Virus record (IMG/VR): IMGVR_UViG_3300037722_000252
Location: 1-58,942 of that record
DNA length: 58,942 nt
Strand: one strand, 5' to 3'
DNA from: a virus
Lineage: Duplodnaviria > Caudoviricetes
Of the stretch, positions 41,051 to 50,303 are shown one piece after another (position 1 is the first letter of the stretch; every line of letters starts with the position of its first letter). The notes beneath the pieces are model-generated. The model searched no databases, was not told where the DNA came from, and saw only the letters and a program-made list of their open reading frames with translations. A program made the translations under genes and the position numbers.

Positions 41051-41199
41051 GCGCCCGCTCCCGCTCGACCCGCGCCGCGGCCTCAGCAGCGTATTCCGAG
41101 GCGGCCTCACGTGAGTAGCCGATCTTGATCGCAGCCGTGAACGCGGCGTTTCGTGCCAGGATGACGGCGAGCGAGGGGTGCTTGGCGGGAGGCATCGCG

Positions 41200-41421
41200 T
41201 CAGCCCTCCGTCGTGGTCGTGGCGGGCTCGGCGGCGGGTCGGCTCGCGATCCACACGTCAAGTTCCGAGCGACGAAAGCGAAGGCCGCCCGTGGGGAGCT
41301 TCACGCTCGGGATCACCCCTTCGGAGGCGTAGTTGCGCACCGTGCCTTCGGAGTAACCGAGGTAGCGCGCGGCATCCTTCGCGGTGAGGAGGCGGTCGCC
41401 TTCGTTGCCGGTATCGGTCAT
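41200..41421 (-). CDS. Cro/Xis-type HTH protein, first early gene
   Basis: LLTAKDAARYLGYSEGTVRNYASEGVIP...RFRRSEL. Confidence 0.88.
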   Translation of the reverse strand: MTDTGNEGDRLLTAKDAARYLGYSEGTVRNYASEGVIPSVKLPTGGLRFRRSELDVWIASRPAAEPATTTTEG

Positions 41422-41490
41422 GCCCTGTAATCTCCTGTCATATGATGACACGGAGCATCTTACAACAGGGCGTCAGATTCTGTCAAGTCA
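41422..41490 (-). promoter_or_regulatory. Early promoter and operator-like palindromes
   Basis: TTGACA (41486-41481)-N18-TAAGAT; TGTCA-N5-TGACA at 41436-41450. Confidence 0.75.
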
Positions 41491-41548
41491 TACGATAGAC
41501 CTGGAAACCATCGACCTCGTAAAGCGTTTCACGGGAAACACTTTGCAG

Positions 41549-41911
41549 ATGACCCTCCGGCCGGCGGGCGACCTGATCGGCGTCAAGGCGCCGACGGTCG
41601 TGGCGCTCCGGAAGTGGTACGCCGCGGGAGCGCTGCCCGAAGAACTCACCGCCTCACAGAAAACGATCGACGGCATCCGCTCCTACATGGCGGTGGCCGA
41701 CAATGTGGAGGCGCGACGGGCGGCGCTCAGGATCGCAGCCGACCGGCTAGAGGGGGTGATTCAGGAGCTTCGCGACGAAGCGAAGAGCCCCGACGCTGGC
41801 GCTATCCCTCGCCCTGAATCACCCGCAGCTGGCTCCGACGTAGATCCGCGTAGAGCGCATCGGGGTCGTCCAGACAGGACCAATCGGCGGAAGAAGAAAG
41901 GTCGGCCATGA
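41549..41911 (+). CDS. Putative repressor (start uncertain)
   Basis: Divergent from the cro-like gene; weak HTH TLRPAGDLIGVKAPTV; no S24 peptidase domain. Confidence 0.5.
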   Translation: MTLRPAGDLIGVKAPTVVALRKWYAAGALPEELTASQKTIDGIRSYMAVADNVEARRAALRIAADRLEGVIQELRDEAKSPDAGAIPRPESPAAGSDVDPRRAHRGRPDRTNRRKKKGRP

Positions 41912-42029
41912 GCGCGGCCTTCTCTGCCGACGTGAGCCGGCGCGACAGCCACACCTCGCCACTATCGTGGTACAGCCACACGACCTTCGGGCATCGCGAA
42001 TGTGACCAGCGAGTGGCGTTGCGGAGCAT
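41802..42029 (-). CDS. Hypothetical protein overlapping the repressor 3' end in antisense
   Basis: GGGAG RBS; MLRNATRW...LRVIQGEG. Confidence 0.45.
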   Translation of the reverse strand: MLRNATRWSHSRCPKVVWLYHDSGEVWLSRRLTSAEKAALMADLSSSADWSCLDDPDALYADLRRSQLRVIQGEG

Positions 42030-42160
42030 GGCGGTACTCCCGGCGGGTGGGGCTGGCCTCACCCTGGAGGGGCCGGGGACTCCGAAGTAGTACAGGCTCG
42101 GGGCGCGAAAAGAAAGGCGGCGCACGGCACGTAGGCTGTGCAGCATAGGAGGCGCGAGCG

Positions 42161-42577
42161 ATGCGGTGGACGGTGCTGGTGGTGGCTCTCGGGGCGACCG
42201 TCGCAGGGTGCGGCGACACTCCGACCGAGCCCGTCCCGGACCCGAGCGTCGAAGTCGATCCAGGCCCGACCGATGTGGTCCTCGTCTCTGTGGATGCGCT
42301 CCCGAACAACGACATGCGCACACGGCTGGAGAACCACGGCGGCCCCGGAAGCTACCGGATCGCGTTCTTCGGTCGCGACCCCTACGCGCCCTGCATCGGC
42401 TGCGACCCGTTCGAGCCGCTCGGGCAGACGGACCCGATCAACGTCGAGGTAGGCTACGCGGAAGACCTGACGTGGCACACGGGGCCGATCTACCGAGTGC
42501 GGCGCCTGATCGTCTACTCCCGCCCGCACAACACGGCCGTATGGTCAGAGACGGATCGCTGGGAGCGCGACCCCTGA
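42161..42577 (+). CDS. Lipoprotein (moron, possible superinfection exclusion)
   Basis: AGGAGG RBS; signal peptide with lipobox VAGC. Confidence 0.8.
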   Translation: MRWTVLVVALGATVAGCGDTPTEPVPDPSVEVDPGPTDVVLVSVDALPNNDMRTRLENHGGPGSYRIAFFGRDPYAPCIGCDPFEPLGQTDPINVEVGYAEDLTWHTGPIYRVRRLIVYSRPHNTAVWSETDRWERDP

Positions 42578-42616
42578 CGCTGAGTCCCACCCCCGCAGGA
42601 TGCTCGCGAAAGGTTT

Positions 42617-42645
42617 TTGCCTCGACCCCCGTAGTCGCCTATACT
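42617..42645 (+). promoter_or_regulatory. Sigma70 promoter
   Basis: TTGCCT-N17-TATACT; -10 sits inside an inverted repeat. Confidence 0.65.
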
Positions 42646-42671
42646 GCGCACTACGACACAGGAGGCGAGCG

Positions 42672-42848
42672 ATGGGACCCCAGCTGCCGAAACCCGTTGT
42701 CACGAAGGGCAAGATCGTCGGACTCCAGTGGCCTTGCGGTCACGTCACGGACGATCCGGGTGACGACCACTGTCCGACGTGCGCGGCGGATGTGAAGCTC
42801 GCGCCCAAGCCGAAGCGCGCGCCTCGGCTGCGGGCTGCCGCGATATAA
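42672..42848 (+). CDS. Small Zn-ribbon protein (58 aa)
   Basis: AGGAGG RBS; PCGH...CPTC; basic tail. Confidence 0.6.
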   Translation: MGPQLPKPVVTKGKIVGLQWPCGHVTDDPGDDHCPTCAADVKLAPKPKRAPRLRAAAI

Positions 42849-42935
42849 GGTGAGGGCGCAGGAACCGCTCGCGGTCCTCGCGCTCCATGTCCTGCTCACG
42901 GCGATCGTGCTGTACGTCGTGCTGTGGTGGGTCGC

Positions 42936-43322
42936 CTAGGTGGGCACCCCCGGCCCTGAAATGATCAGCACGTCGTAGGGCTGGTCGCCACGGATGGGAT
43001 GCGAGCCGTCGTCGGCGTCGCACTCTGAGCGGATGTAGTACGTGCCGAGCGTGCTTCCGGCGGTCGCCATGAAGAACACGCCGCGCCCGATCGCGATGAC
43101 CTCGCCGTCGTCCGCTGTCTGCTCGGTCGTGTTGACCTGCTCGTTCGCGAACGTGACCGTGGCGACCTCGGTGAACGTGTCCTCGCTCGGCTGCGTCCAC
43201 ACGCTCACTTCGGGCGTCTCGCCGGCCATCGAAACGCCGACGGCGAGTTCGGAATCGAAGCTCACGCCGAGAGGCCGCGTCTCGCCGGGCGCCATGTGCC
43301 AGACCTTGCGACGCAGCGCCAT
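42936..43322 (-). CDS. Fibre adaptor-like virion protein
   Basis: PGETRPLGVSF...GTYYIRSEC; last gene of the fibre operon. Confidence 0.6.
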   Translation of the reverse strand: MALRRKVWHMAPGETRPLGVSFDSELAVGVSMAGETPEVSVWTQPSEDTFTEVATVTFANEQVNTTEQTADDGEVIAIGRGVFFMATAGSTLGTYYIRSECDADDGSHPIRGDQPYDVLIISGPGVPT

Positions 43323-43459
43323 CTCATGTCCTCCCGAGGATGTTGACCCGGCCGGTGCGGCCGAGGATGTCGGAGGCGGCTGGCGTGAGCACCACCGTTT
43401 CACCGGTCCAGTAGAACCAGAGGATCAGCAACTCAGCAGCGCCCATGCGGATCCCCTCC

Positions 43460-45043
43460 CTAGAGCGGCCGGAAGGTGTACGTGACGCCGTTCGCTGGGG
43501 CGGCGCTGAACGGTCCCACCGTTGTCAGGCCAGCAGGCACCGACGTCGGCTGCACGACCGCGACCGTCGTGCCGGTCCAAGTAACCAGCCTTGACTCGCC
43601 GGCCAGCGCGCCGGACGTCAGCCGCAGCGTGCCGAGCCTGATGTCAGAGCCCGCGTCGTCTGTGACCGTGAAGCCCGTCACCGCTGCGCTCGCGTCGTTC
43701 ACGCTGCCGGTCACGATGCCGAAGGCGTCTGCAATCGCCGTGTCCGCTTCAGCGTTGACCGCCGCCGCCGAGAGGTCGTTGAGCGCCGCGATCAGGGCGG
43801 GGAGTGAGGTCCCGGTGTCTTCCAGGATGGCCGCGATCTCCGTGTCCAGGTAGCCCGCGACCGTGGCGAGGTTGGCCGCCGTGGCGAGTGCGGTGAGCTG
43901 ATCGCCCGTTCCGCCCGCTTCTGTCAGTCCCGCTCCCGCCGCTCCGATCTCGGCCGTATCGAGCAGGATGTCGTCCACGATGCCGTCGATCGTGTTGACC
44001 GACGCCTGCGTCGCGAGCGCCGTCAGTTGATCGCCTGTCCCGCCGGCCTCTGTCAGTCCAGCGCCAGCGTCGCCGTCGCCGATCGCGGCGCCAAGCGTGC
44101 CCGTTGTTTGGTGGCCGACCATCAACTCGTCCAACACGCCGTCCGCGATCACCGCCACGGCGCCAGCTTCCATGCCCGCGCCATCCACGGTTGCGTCCAT
44201 CTTCCCGTTGACGAGTGCGACCGGGGTGCGAGCCGACAGGTTGTCAATGATCGCCTGCAACGCGTCGGTCGTCGCGACGAAGTCGCTCCAGTCACCGGAC
44301 GCGGCAGCCAGCTTGGCGATGATCGAGTCGTCGGCGGGGTCGTCCGCATCCGCGACCGCGACCAGGTGGTCGAGCTTGATGTCGGTCAACGCTTGCTCGG
44401 CCGCCCACTTCGGGTCAGCTCCAAAGACTCTGAACACGTAGTCACCGGACGCGACCGCTTCGGGCATCGCAGAGCCGTCCAGTTGCTCGACGGTCGCCAG
44501 TTGGTTGGTGACGGCGTACGCGGTCACGCGAACCGCAATCAGCAGTTGATCGAAGGTGCCACCCTGGTACTGGACGCCGAACACTTCGCCGATGACGTCG
44601 TTCGCCTCGGCGGTCGAAGCCACGATGCCGGTGAGGTTGAGCGCGGAAGTCGTGTTGCCCGTGAACGAGGTCGGCGACAAAACTGGCAGTATCGCCTCAC
44701 GGAACTTCCGCGCGGCAAGCTCGGACGCGGGCTCGACGCGGAACTCGTAGACGACCTCACCGACCGCGGACACGCCGTCTACGGTACCGGCGTCGACCGC
44801 GGCCCCGTAGACCTTACCCGCCTCGTAGCCGTTCGCGGCTGCCGCGGCGACCGTCCCGATGTTGACCGCCGTGAGTGAGCCGTGCGCTGCGGTGGTGATG
44901 CCGGCGTCGATGACCGCGTTCGTGCCGTCGAGCTCGATCGCCGCCAGGTCGGGCGTGCCACCGAGTGCTTCGGGAATGCCGTCCGCGAACGCGCGCGACG
45001 GATACGCGAAGTAGAAGGTTTCTTCGAGGGCGACCGTTCTCAT
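43460..45043 (-). CDS. Virion structural/fibre protein (527 aa)
   Basis: Ala/Asp/Thr-rich; duplicated GAGLTEAGGTGDQLTALAT; C-terminal TSGALAGESR...PFSAAPANG. Confidence 0.7.
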   Translation of the reverse strand: MRTVALEETFYFAYPSRAFADGIPEALGGTPDLAAIELDGTNAVIDAGITTAAHGSLTAVNIGTVAAAAANGYEAGKVYGAAVDAGTVDGVSAVGEVVYEFRVEPASELAARKFREAILPVLSPTSFTGNTTSALNLTGIVASTAEANDVIGEVFGVQYQGGTFDQLLIAVRVTAYAVTNQLATVEQLDGSAMPEAVASGDYVFRVFGADPKWAAEQALTDIKLDHLVAVADADDPADDSIIAKLAAASGDWSDFVATTDALQAIIDNLSARTPVALVNGKMDATVDGAGMEAGAVAVIADGVLDELMVGHQTTGTLGAAIGDGDAGAGLTEAGGTGDQLTALATQASVNTIDGIVDDILLDTAEIGAAGAGLTEAGGTGDQLTALATAANLATVAGYLDTEIAAILEDTGTSLPALIAALNDLSAAAVNAEADTAIADAFGIVTGSVNDASAAVTGFTVTDDAGSDIRLGTLRLTSGALAGESRLVTWTGTTVAVVQPTSVPAGLTTVGPFSAAPANGVTYTFRPL

Positions 45044-45046
45044 GGG

Positions 45047-45232
45047 TTAGCTCCCCCTTGGCGCGAACCGTTCGTTGAGTCGTCGGCACTGCTCTTCGAC
45101 CGCCTCACGTTCGGTGGAATTGCGAGGATGCCTCACGATGACTCCGTCCGAGAGCCGCCGAATGCCGAACCCCTGGCCGTGCTCTTTTCCATACTTCGAC
45201 TCTCCCTCGAACACTTCGTAAGCGTCCTGCAT
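45047..45232 (-). CDS. Hypothetical protein (61 aa)
   Basis: AGGAG RBS; fills the gap. Confidence 0.5.
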   Translation of the reverse strand: MQDAYEVFEGESKYGKEHGQGFGIRRLSDGVIVRHPRNSTEREAVEEQCRRLNERFAPRGS

Positions 45233-45234
45233 CT

Positions 45235-46479
45235 CTATGCTCCTTGTAGCTGCGGGCTTGGCACCCACAGATTGCCGATCTTGGTCATTGTGCGGCCGGC
45301 GATCCCCCCACCGATCCCTGCGAGCCCACCACGCCCGGCGAGGCCGCCACGTCCTGCGAGCGCGCCCATCGTGCGGCCACCACCCCCACCCGCCGCGACC
45401 GTCGGCCAACCGACCGTCGCGAGCCTGAAGCTCACCGTACCGAGGTTACGGCTGCGCCACATCTCGATGTTCGTCGTGGTTTCGAGGCGACCCGTCACGA
45501 TCTGCGCGCAGGCTGACGCCGTCGTTTGGTCCGTCGTGCACGTAAACTCCTCGACCGACGTTTCAGCGAGGGTGACCGCCGTCACGGTCTGATCGAACGT
45601 TGTGCCCGTGAAGTTCGTCGTGTCCGTGTAACGCGCGACGAGCAGCGGCGTGCCATCGGTTTGGGAGTTCGAGATGCAATACGCGGCGATCACTGCGCCT
45701 GTAGTCGCACCCGCTTGCGTCAGATACGACACCTCGTCGGTGTCCGACAGCCACACCATCACGCCGTCGTCGTTGACGTCACCAGCGAGGTTGTACGAGA
45801 CGTGCAGGAACGCGCGTGTGACGGTAACAGCCGTGCTCAGCGTCTCCGTTTCCGTTGCGCCAGCGGTGCCGATCGTGTGCAGCGTGACCGTCTCGACGGT
45901 CCAGTTCGAGCCGGTGAACTCGACGGCCGCCCAGGAGAACGTCGCGCTACTGGAGATGACGACCGTGCGCGTGCCGGTGATCGTGTCGGCACCGGAGTTC
46001 CAGACCAGATAGAAAAACCCGTTTCTGACCGCGTTGGCGCCCGGCCCTTGCCCGGTCAGCCACGGCACCACGTCAGCGTCGGTCGCGACGTTGGACACCG
46101 CGCCCGTCGTGCCGGAAGCGTCCGTGCCCGTCACCTCCAACGCGCCAACGCCTCGCACGATGAACTCATTGGCGCCACCGTCGGATCCTACGTATTCAAT
46201 GATCTCCCACGATACCGCGAGCGCGCCGGTCACATCGTAGCGCGCGAAGTCGATGCTCGTCGTGATGTTGCCCGGATTCGACACATACGCCATCGCATCG
46301 TTGGCGTTGACATTCGCGCCGACAGAGTTCCGATTGCTCGTATTATGCGTGCCAACGAGACGGATGAAGCCAGCGGTGACCGAAGCAGGCGCGGTGTACT
46401 CCGAGCCGGCCGTGATCGTCACGGTCGAGGCGGTATCGGCGATCGTCGCCACGCCGCGCTGGATCGCGAAATCAGCCAT
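45235..46479 (-). CDS. Beta-rich virion protein with repeated small domains
   Basis: IQRG...VSWEIIEY and FSWAAVEF repeats; Gly-rich tail. Confidence 0.65.
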   Translation of the reverse strand: MADFAIQRGVATIADTASTVTITAGSEYTAPASVTAGFIRLVGTHNTSNRNSVGANVNANDAMAYVSNPGNITTSIDFARYDVTGALAVSWEIIEYVGSDGGANEFIVRGVGALEVTGTDASGTTGAVSNVATDADVVPWLTGQGPGANAVRNGFFYLVWNSGADTITGTRTVVISSSATFSWAAVEFTGSNWTVETVTLHTIGTAGATETETLSTAVTVTRAFLHVSYNLAGDVNDDGVMVWLSDTDEVSYLTQAGATTGAVIAAYCISNSQTDGTPLLVARYTDTTNFTGTTFDQTVTAVTLAETSVEEFTCTTDQTTASACAQIVTGRLETTTNIEMWRSRNLGTVSFRLATVGWPTVAAGGGGGRTMGALAGRGGLAGRGGLAGIGGGIAGRTMTKIGNLWVPSPQLQGA

Positions 46480-46645
46480 AGCGTCGGCGCTTCTTTCGAC
46501 GGTTCACTTGCGCGCGCGTCAGCGGGACCATGCCCTTGTCGGTCTTGATGAAGCCGAAGATGCCGAGCTTACGGATGTCGTTCGTGAACTCGACATCCGC
46601 CTTGCCCTGCTCGCGGTCGCTGAACTTCTTGGGGATGTCGCTCAT
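46472..46645 (-). CDS. Small basic protein (57 aa)
   Basis: MSDIPKKF...RRKKRRRYG; ATGA-coupled. Confidence 0.5.
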   Translation of the reverse strand: MSDIPKKFSDREQGKADVEFTNDIRKLGIFGFIKTDKGMVPLTRAQVNRRKKRRRYG

Positions 46646-47565
46646 CCGACCGCTACCGTGACGCGAGCCGTGCGCCGGTAGTGCGAGCCGACCTTGTCAC
46701 CACCGCCACCCCACACAGACGACAGCGCGAGGTCGTAGATCGCCGGGAACGTTCTGCCCACGTGGTCGCCGTGCAGCGTGCCGTTCAGCCACCACCGCAC
46801 CGTGCCCGTGCTGCGGTCGAACAGGATCTCGTACTGGTTCCACTGGCCATCGACCGGCGGGGTAACCGGGAGACCTTGCCGGTCGAGGCCGTTCGGTTCG
46901 AGGTTCGCCCTGAGTGCTGGATCGTTGTCGTAATACTTCGCCGCGGGGGCGATGTAGAACATCGACTCTCCACGCCAATGGAACTGAAAAAGCAGCTTTT
47001 CGGCGGTGTTGTGGTTGAAGTAGAGCTGTTTTTCCGACGTGCCGTTGTGGTCGAAGCCGTCTTCCCACTTCACCCACCACGAGACGTAGAGCCGGTCGTG
47101 TGAGCCGCCGAGCTTCTTCTTGATGAGCAGCGGGCCACCGCCGCCGAGGTGGGGCGGATAGATCGACTCGAGCGCGCGTCCGGTCGGTGACGACGGGTCG
47201 TTGAGCGTCTGCGACATGCCGACGAGCGCACCCTGGCCGATCGCGTCCCAACCCGGCGGCGTGCCCTGCGACTCGTTCCACGCATAGCCGAACGAGTCGT
47301 CGAAGAGCACCGAGTAGCCTGCGGGCATGTTCGGAAAGCCGGGATCGTTCGGGGCCGGATCGGGCGCGGGCGGTTCGGGGTCCGGCGTTGGCTCTGGGGT
47401 GGGCTCAGGTTCTGGTGTCGGCTCTAGGGCAGGCTCGGGAATTGGCTCCGCATCGACGAGCCCGAGGATCTTCGTCGCCTGCGTCTCGGCCGCGCGGATG
47501 AAGCCGCGCATCCTGACCGTCTCGGCTCTGATCTCGTCGATGCTCATAGGGCGCTCGTCGGGCAC
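46642..47565 (-). CDS. Polysaccharide lyase/ConA-like beta-sandwich protein with PE/PT linker
   Basis: YPPHLGGGG, LYVSWWVK, GQWNQYE, WWLNG, WGGGG. Confidence 0.6.
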   Translation of the reverse strand: MPDERPMSIDEIRAETVRMRGFIRAAETQATKILGLVDAEPIPEPALEPTPEPEPTPEPTPDPEPPAPDPAPNDPGFPNMPAGYSVLFDDSFGYAWNESQGTPPGWDAIGQGALVGMSQTLNDPSSPTGRALESIYPPHLGGGGPLLIKKKLGGSHDRLYVSWWVKWEDGFDHNGTSEKQLYFNHNTAEKLLFQFHWRGESMFYIAPAAKYYDNDPALRANLEPNGLDRQGLPVTPPVDGQWNQYEILFDRSTGTVRWWLNGTLHGDHVGRTFPAIYDLALSSVWGGGGDKVGSHYRRTARVTVAVG

Positions 47566-48956
47566 GTCGTGCCCGCTCCGTCGCGTGCGTAGATTTGGAT
47601 GTCGTCGGTCAAGCGATCATGCGTACCGGACTTGTTGCCACCTCCGCCCCACGTGCCGGACGTGACGATCTGCGAGATGCCGCTAGCCCAAGAGCTGCCG
47701 CTGAAATCGACTGGGTAGTGCGCGCCTCGTATCTCGTCGTTGCGGCCAAACGAGACGATCGAGTCGGTGACCGAGATACAGAACCAGTCCTTGACCCACT
47801 GGCCGCGCTCGATCGTATGGCGGCCAGCGTTCGAGCACCCCGGCGCGCCCGTCAGGCTGAAGTTCGGATATGGCATCGTATCCGCGCCCATGAGATTGGC
47901 GAGCAAAAACTTGCAGCCAGTCACGGGGTCGTCGATCTTGTCGCCGAACAGCCACACGCCGCTGAGGTAGTCCCATAGTTCGCGGCTACCGAAGTTGTTC
48001 GGGAAGTGGCCCTTTGTGCCGCCGTTGTTGAGCGTGAAATCGCTGATCCCAACGCCGCATCCGCTGGACGCGCCCTCCCAGCATTCGGTGATGAGGTAGA
48101 ACACGTCCTGCAAGGGCGTAGCTGCTGCGGGGCCGTTCCCGTCTTCGGGGTCGATGCGAAACTTGATGCATCCACCACCACCAAGCCCGGGCGGATACGT
48201 CATCGCCCACACCCACGGCGGTGATCTCATGCCCGCCGCGTCGATCGAGTCGAGCACGCGATCAGCGATGCTGAAGCCGCTCAGCCGGCCACCGCTGCCG
48301 GAGCCGGCGCACACACCTGACGCGGTTTCGTCGGTGACGAGAAAGTTGCCGACCGTCTCGGACTGAAAGCCGTCGCCGGTCACGAACGCGGTGTCGTTCA
48401 TCGGCTCGTCCGACACGAGCGCCCAGCCAGCGGGCAGGTACGCGAGCCCGTCACCACCTGCCGTCGCCTCGAACGTGTCGGCCGGGCTGAACGCGCTCCA
48501 CCCGCCCGCTGCGCCCTTGTGCGCGTGATCGACGTAGTACGACGTGTCGGTCTGGAGCGGGACCGAAGCGCCGAGCCCTGCACCACGCCATGCGGTCAGC
48601 GAGTCGCCCACGGTGTCGGCGAAAACGACCGCGTCGTCCGAGGTTCTGCGGATACGCCACGCGGCCGAGTCCTGCGTGTCCGCACCCGAGCCCGCGAAGT
48701 CCGACGCTGTGACGAGCGCGGAGTTATCCGTGGGCACGACAGCCACGAAGGTCGGCGCGTTCGGAGCGCCCGGCGCTTCGGCTCCACCTTGTGAGCCGGT
48801 CGCGCCACCGATCGAGCCGAACACCGCGAGCCCACCACCGCCCAAGAACCCGACCGCGCCCATCGCCAGAGCAGCAACAGTCGCAGTGATCGGCACGAGC
48901 GGGTGAGAGCGGCCGGTGTCGACCTCGTAGCCGTCAGGACGGACGGTGAGCTTCAC
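47544..48956 (-). CDS. Paralogous lyase/lectin-like protein with N-terminal hydrophobic anchor and Fn3-like domain
   Basis: GTG after GGAGG; YPPGLGGGG, RGQWV, TWGGGGNK. Confidence 0.6.
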   Translation of the reverse strand: MKLTVRPDGYEVDTGRSHPLVPITATVAALAMGAVGFLGGGGLAVFGSIGGATGSQGGAEAPGAPNAPTFVAVVPTDNSALVTASDFAGSGADTQDSAAWRIRRTSDDAVVFADTVGDSLTAWRGAGLGASVPLQTDTSYYVDHAHKGAAGGWSAFSPADTFEATAGGDGLAYLPAGWALVSDEPMNDTAFVTGDGFQSETVGNFLVTDETASGVCAGSGSGGRLSGFSIADRVLDSIDAAGMRSPPWVWAMTYPPGLGGGGCIKFRIDPEDGNGPAAATPLQDVFYLITECWEGASSGCGVGISDFTLNNGGTKGHFPNNFGSRELWDYLSGVWLFGDKIDDPVTGCKFLLANLMGADTMPYPNFSLTGAPGCSNAGRHTIERGQWVKDWFCISVTDSIVSFGRNDEIRGAHYPVDFSGSSWASGISQIVTSGTWGGGGNKSGTHDRLTDDIQIYARDGAGTTCPTSAL

Positions 48957-49104
48957 GCGCCCTCCGCTTCGCCTGGACCTTCGCCGGGACCTTCGCCGCC
49001 TCACGGAGCGCGATCCGTGCGAGCCGCAGCGCCTCGGCCCGCGCCTCGCGCCGCAGAAGACGGAGCAGTTTCTTGGCCGGCATTACCCGCTCTCTCCAGC
49101 CGGC

Positions 49105-49159
49105 CAAAACGAAAGCCCCCGCAGAACACCGGCCGGCTGGCTTCGGTGTCCGCGGGGGC
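49105..49159 (-). terminator. Terminator-like hairpin ahead of the fibre operon
   Basis: GCCCCCGCGGACACCG...CGGTGTTCTGCGGGGGC followed by TTTCGTTTT. Confidence 0.7.
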
Positions 49160-49198
49160 CCGGTATCTCGGGTAGGCCCCGTATCTGTCGGTGTGGAG

Positions 49199-49384
49199 CT
49201 AGTCGGGCTCCACCATCGCGTCGGCGTCCTCGTACTCGAAGACGTAGCCGACCTTCATCAATCTACCCACTCGATAGGACAGAAGCACGACCCCGGTTCT
49301 GCCCTCCATGCGACGCTCGATCGTGTCAGCGCGTGCCTTCAAGCGTCCGACCCACGACGTGATAATGCGACGCACCTGGCTCAT
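49199..49384 (-). CDS. Small protein, possibly YezD/DUF2292-like
   Basis: Helix followed by TGVVLLSYRVGRL; ATGA-coupled to the spanin. Confidence 0.45.
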   Translation of the reverse strand: MSQVRRIITSWVGRLKARADTIERRMEGRTGVVLLSYRVGRLMKVGYVFEYEDADAMVEPD

Positions 49385-50022
49385 TTCAGCACCACCAGCG
49401 CGACCAGTGCGAGCGCCGCGCCGCGTTCGTACCACACCCGCCGCTCTCTCGCCCGGAGCGCGTCGTCTCGTGCGGAGCTCGCCGCCTCCGATGCCGCCAG
49501 CGCGCTCGCGGCGACCTCTGCCGTGTGACGGTGCCCCTCGGCGGTCGTACGCCAGAGCGCGGCATTCTCAGCGGTCGCCGCTAGGCTCACCCTCAGCCCG
49601 GCAGCGACGGCCCGCTCGGCGCTCACCACGTCCGCATGGTCCACGATGATGCGGTCGAGTAGCGCGACGCCGAGCGTATCATCTCGCGTACGTAGGTGGT
49701 AGCGGAGCGAGTCGGTGCGGCCAGCGAACGCGGTGTCTGCCAGCGCGCTCCGCTCTTCGGCCCGCTCGACCTCGACCGTCACCGAGTCCACGACCCGCAC
49801 GAGCACCGTATCCGAGCGCACCGCCTGAGCCTGTAGCGAGTCAGCCCGCTCGCGTGCAGAGGCCAGCGAGTCGAGCGCGACGTCTTTGATCGAGTCCGCG
49901 TACACGATGCGCGCTTCGAACGCCGAGCCCTGAGCGCAGCCCCGCCCGATCAGCACGAGACAGAGCGCGAGCAGCACGGCGGCCAGCCACGATGGCGTAG
50001 ATACTAGGCTCCGGCCGCTCAT
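49381..50022 (-). CDS. Putative unimolecular spanin
   Basis: Signal ending LIGRGC, long helical region, C-terminal TM GAALALVALVVLK; lysis context. Confidence 0.7.
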   Translation of the reverse strand: MSGRSLVSTPSWLAAVLLALCLVLIGRGCAQGSAFEARIVYADSIKDVALDSLASARERADSLQAQAVRSDTVLVRVVDSVTVEVERAEERSALADTAFAGRTDSLRYHLRTRDDTLGVALLDRIIVDHADVVSAERAVAAGLRVSLAATAENAALWRTTAEGHRHTAEVAASALAASEAASSARDDALRARERRVWYERGAALALVALVVLK

Positions 50023-50228
50023 CGGTTCGGGCACCCCCGAGCTTCGGGCCCGTTTCGGGCGCGTTTGGCCCGATTCGGCCAAAGTGGCACGCTCAGGATG
50101 CCCCAGGACGCGCGAGACGGCCGGGGGACGTGTACGGAGTAGGGCGCCGAGTGCTCGCCACCCACGGGGCCACGGTCGCGGGCCGTGTAACAATGTGCCC
50201 GCACCCCCGAAAGTCGGGCGCTTTTCGC

Positions 50229-50257
50229 TTGCGCGCACGGCCAGGGGCCGCTATCGT
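50229..50257 (+). promoter_or_regulatory. Cassette sigma70 promoter
   Basis: TTGCGC-N17-TATCGT. Confidence 0.65.
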
Positions 50258-50303
50258 ATAGGTACGGCGGATTGACCAGCCGGACCCAAGAGAGAGACCA
50301 GAC

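Noticed and set aside
50279-50290. GCCGGACCCAAG as a third ribozyme before cassette gene 1
   Set aside because: Resembles twister P4/L4 (11 of 12 bases) but lacks the closing strand, GAGGG and UAA; at most a relic
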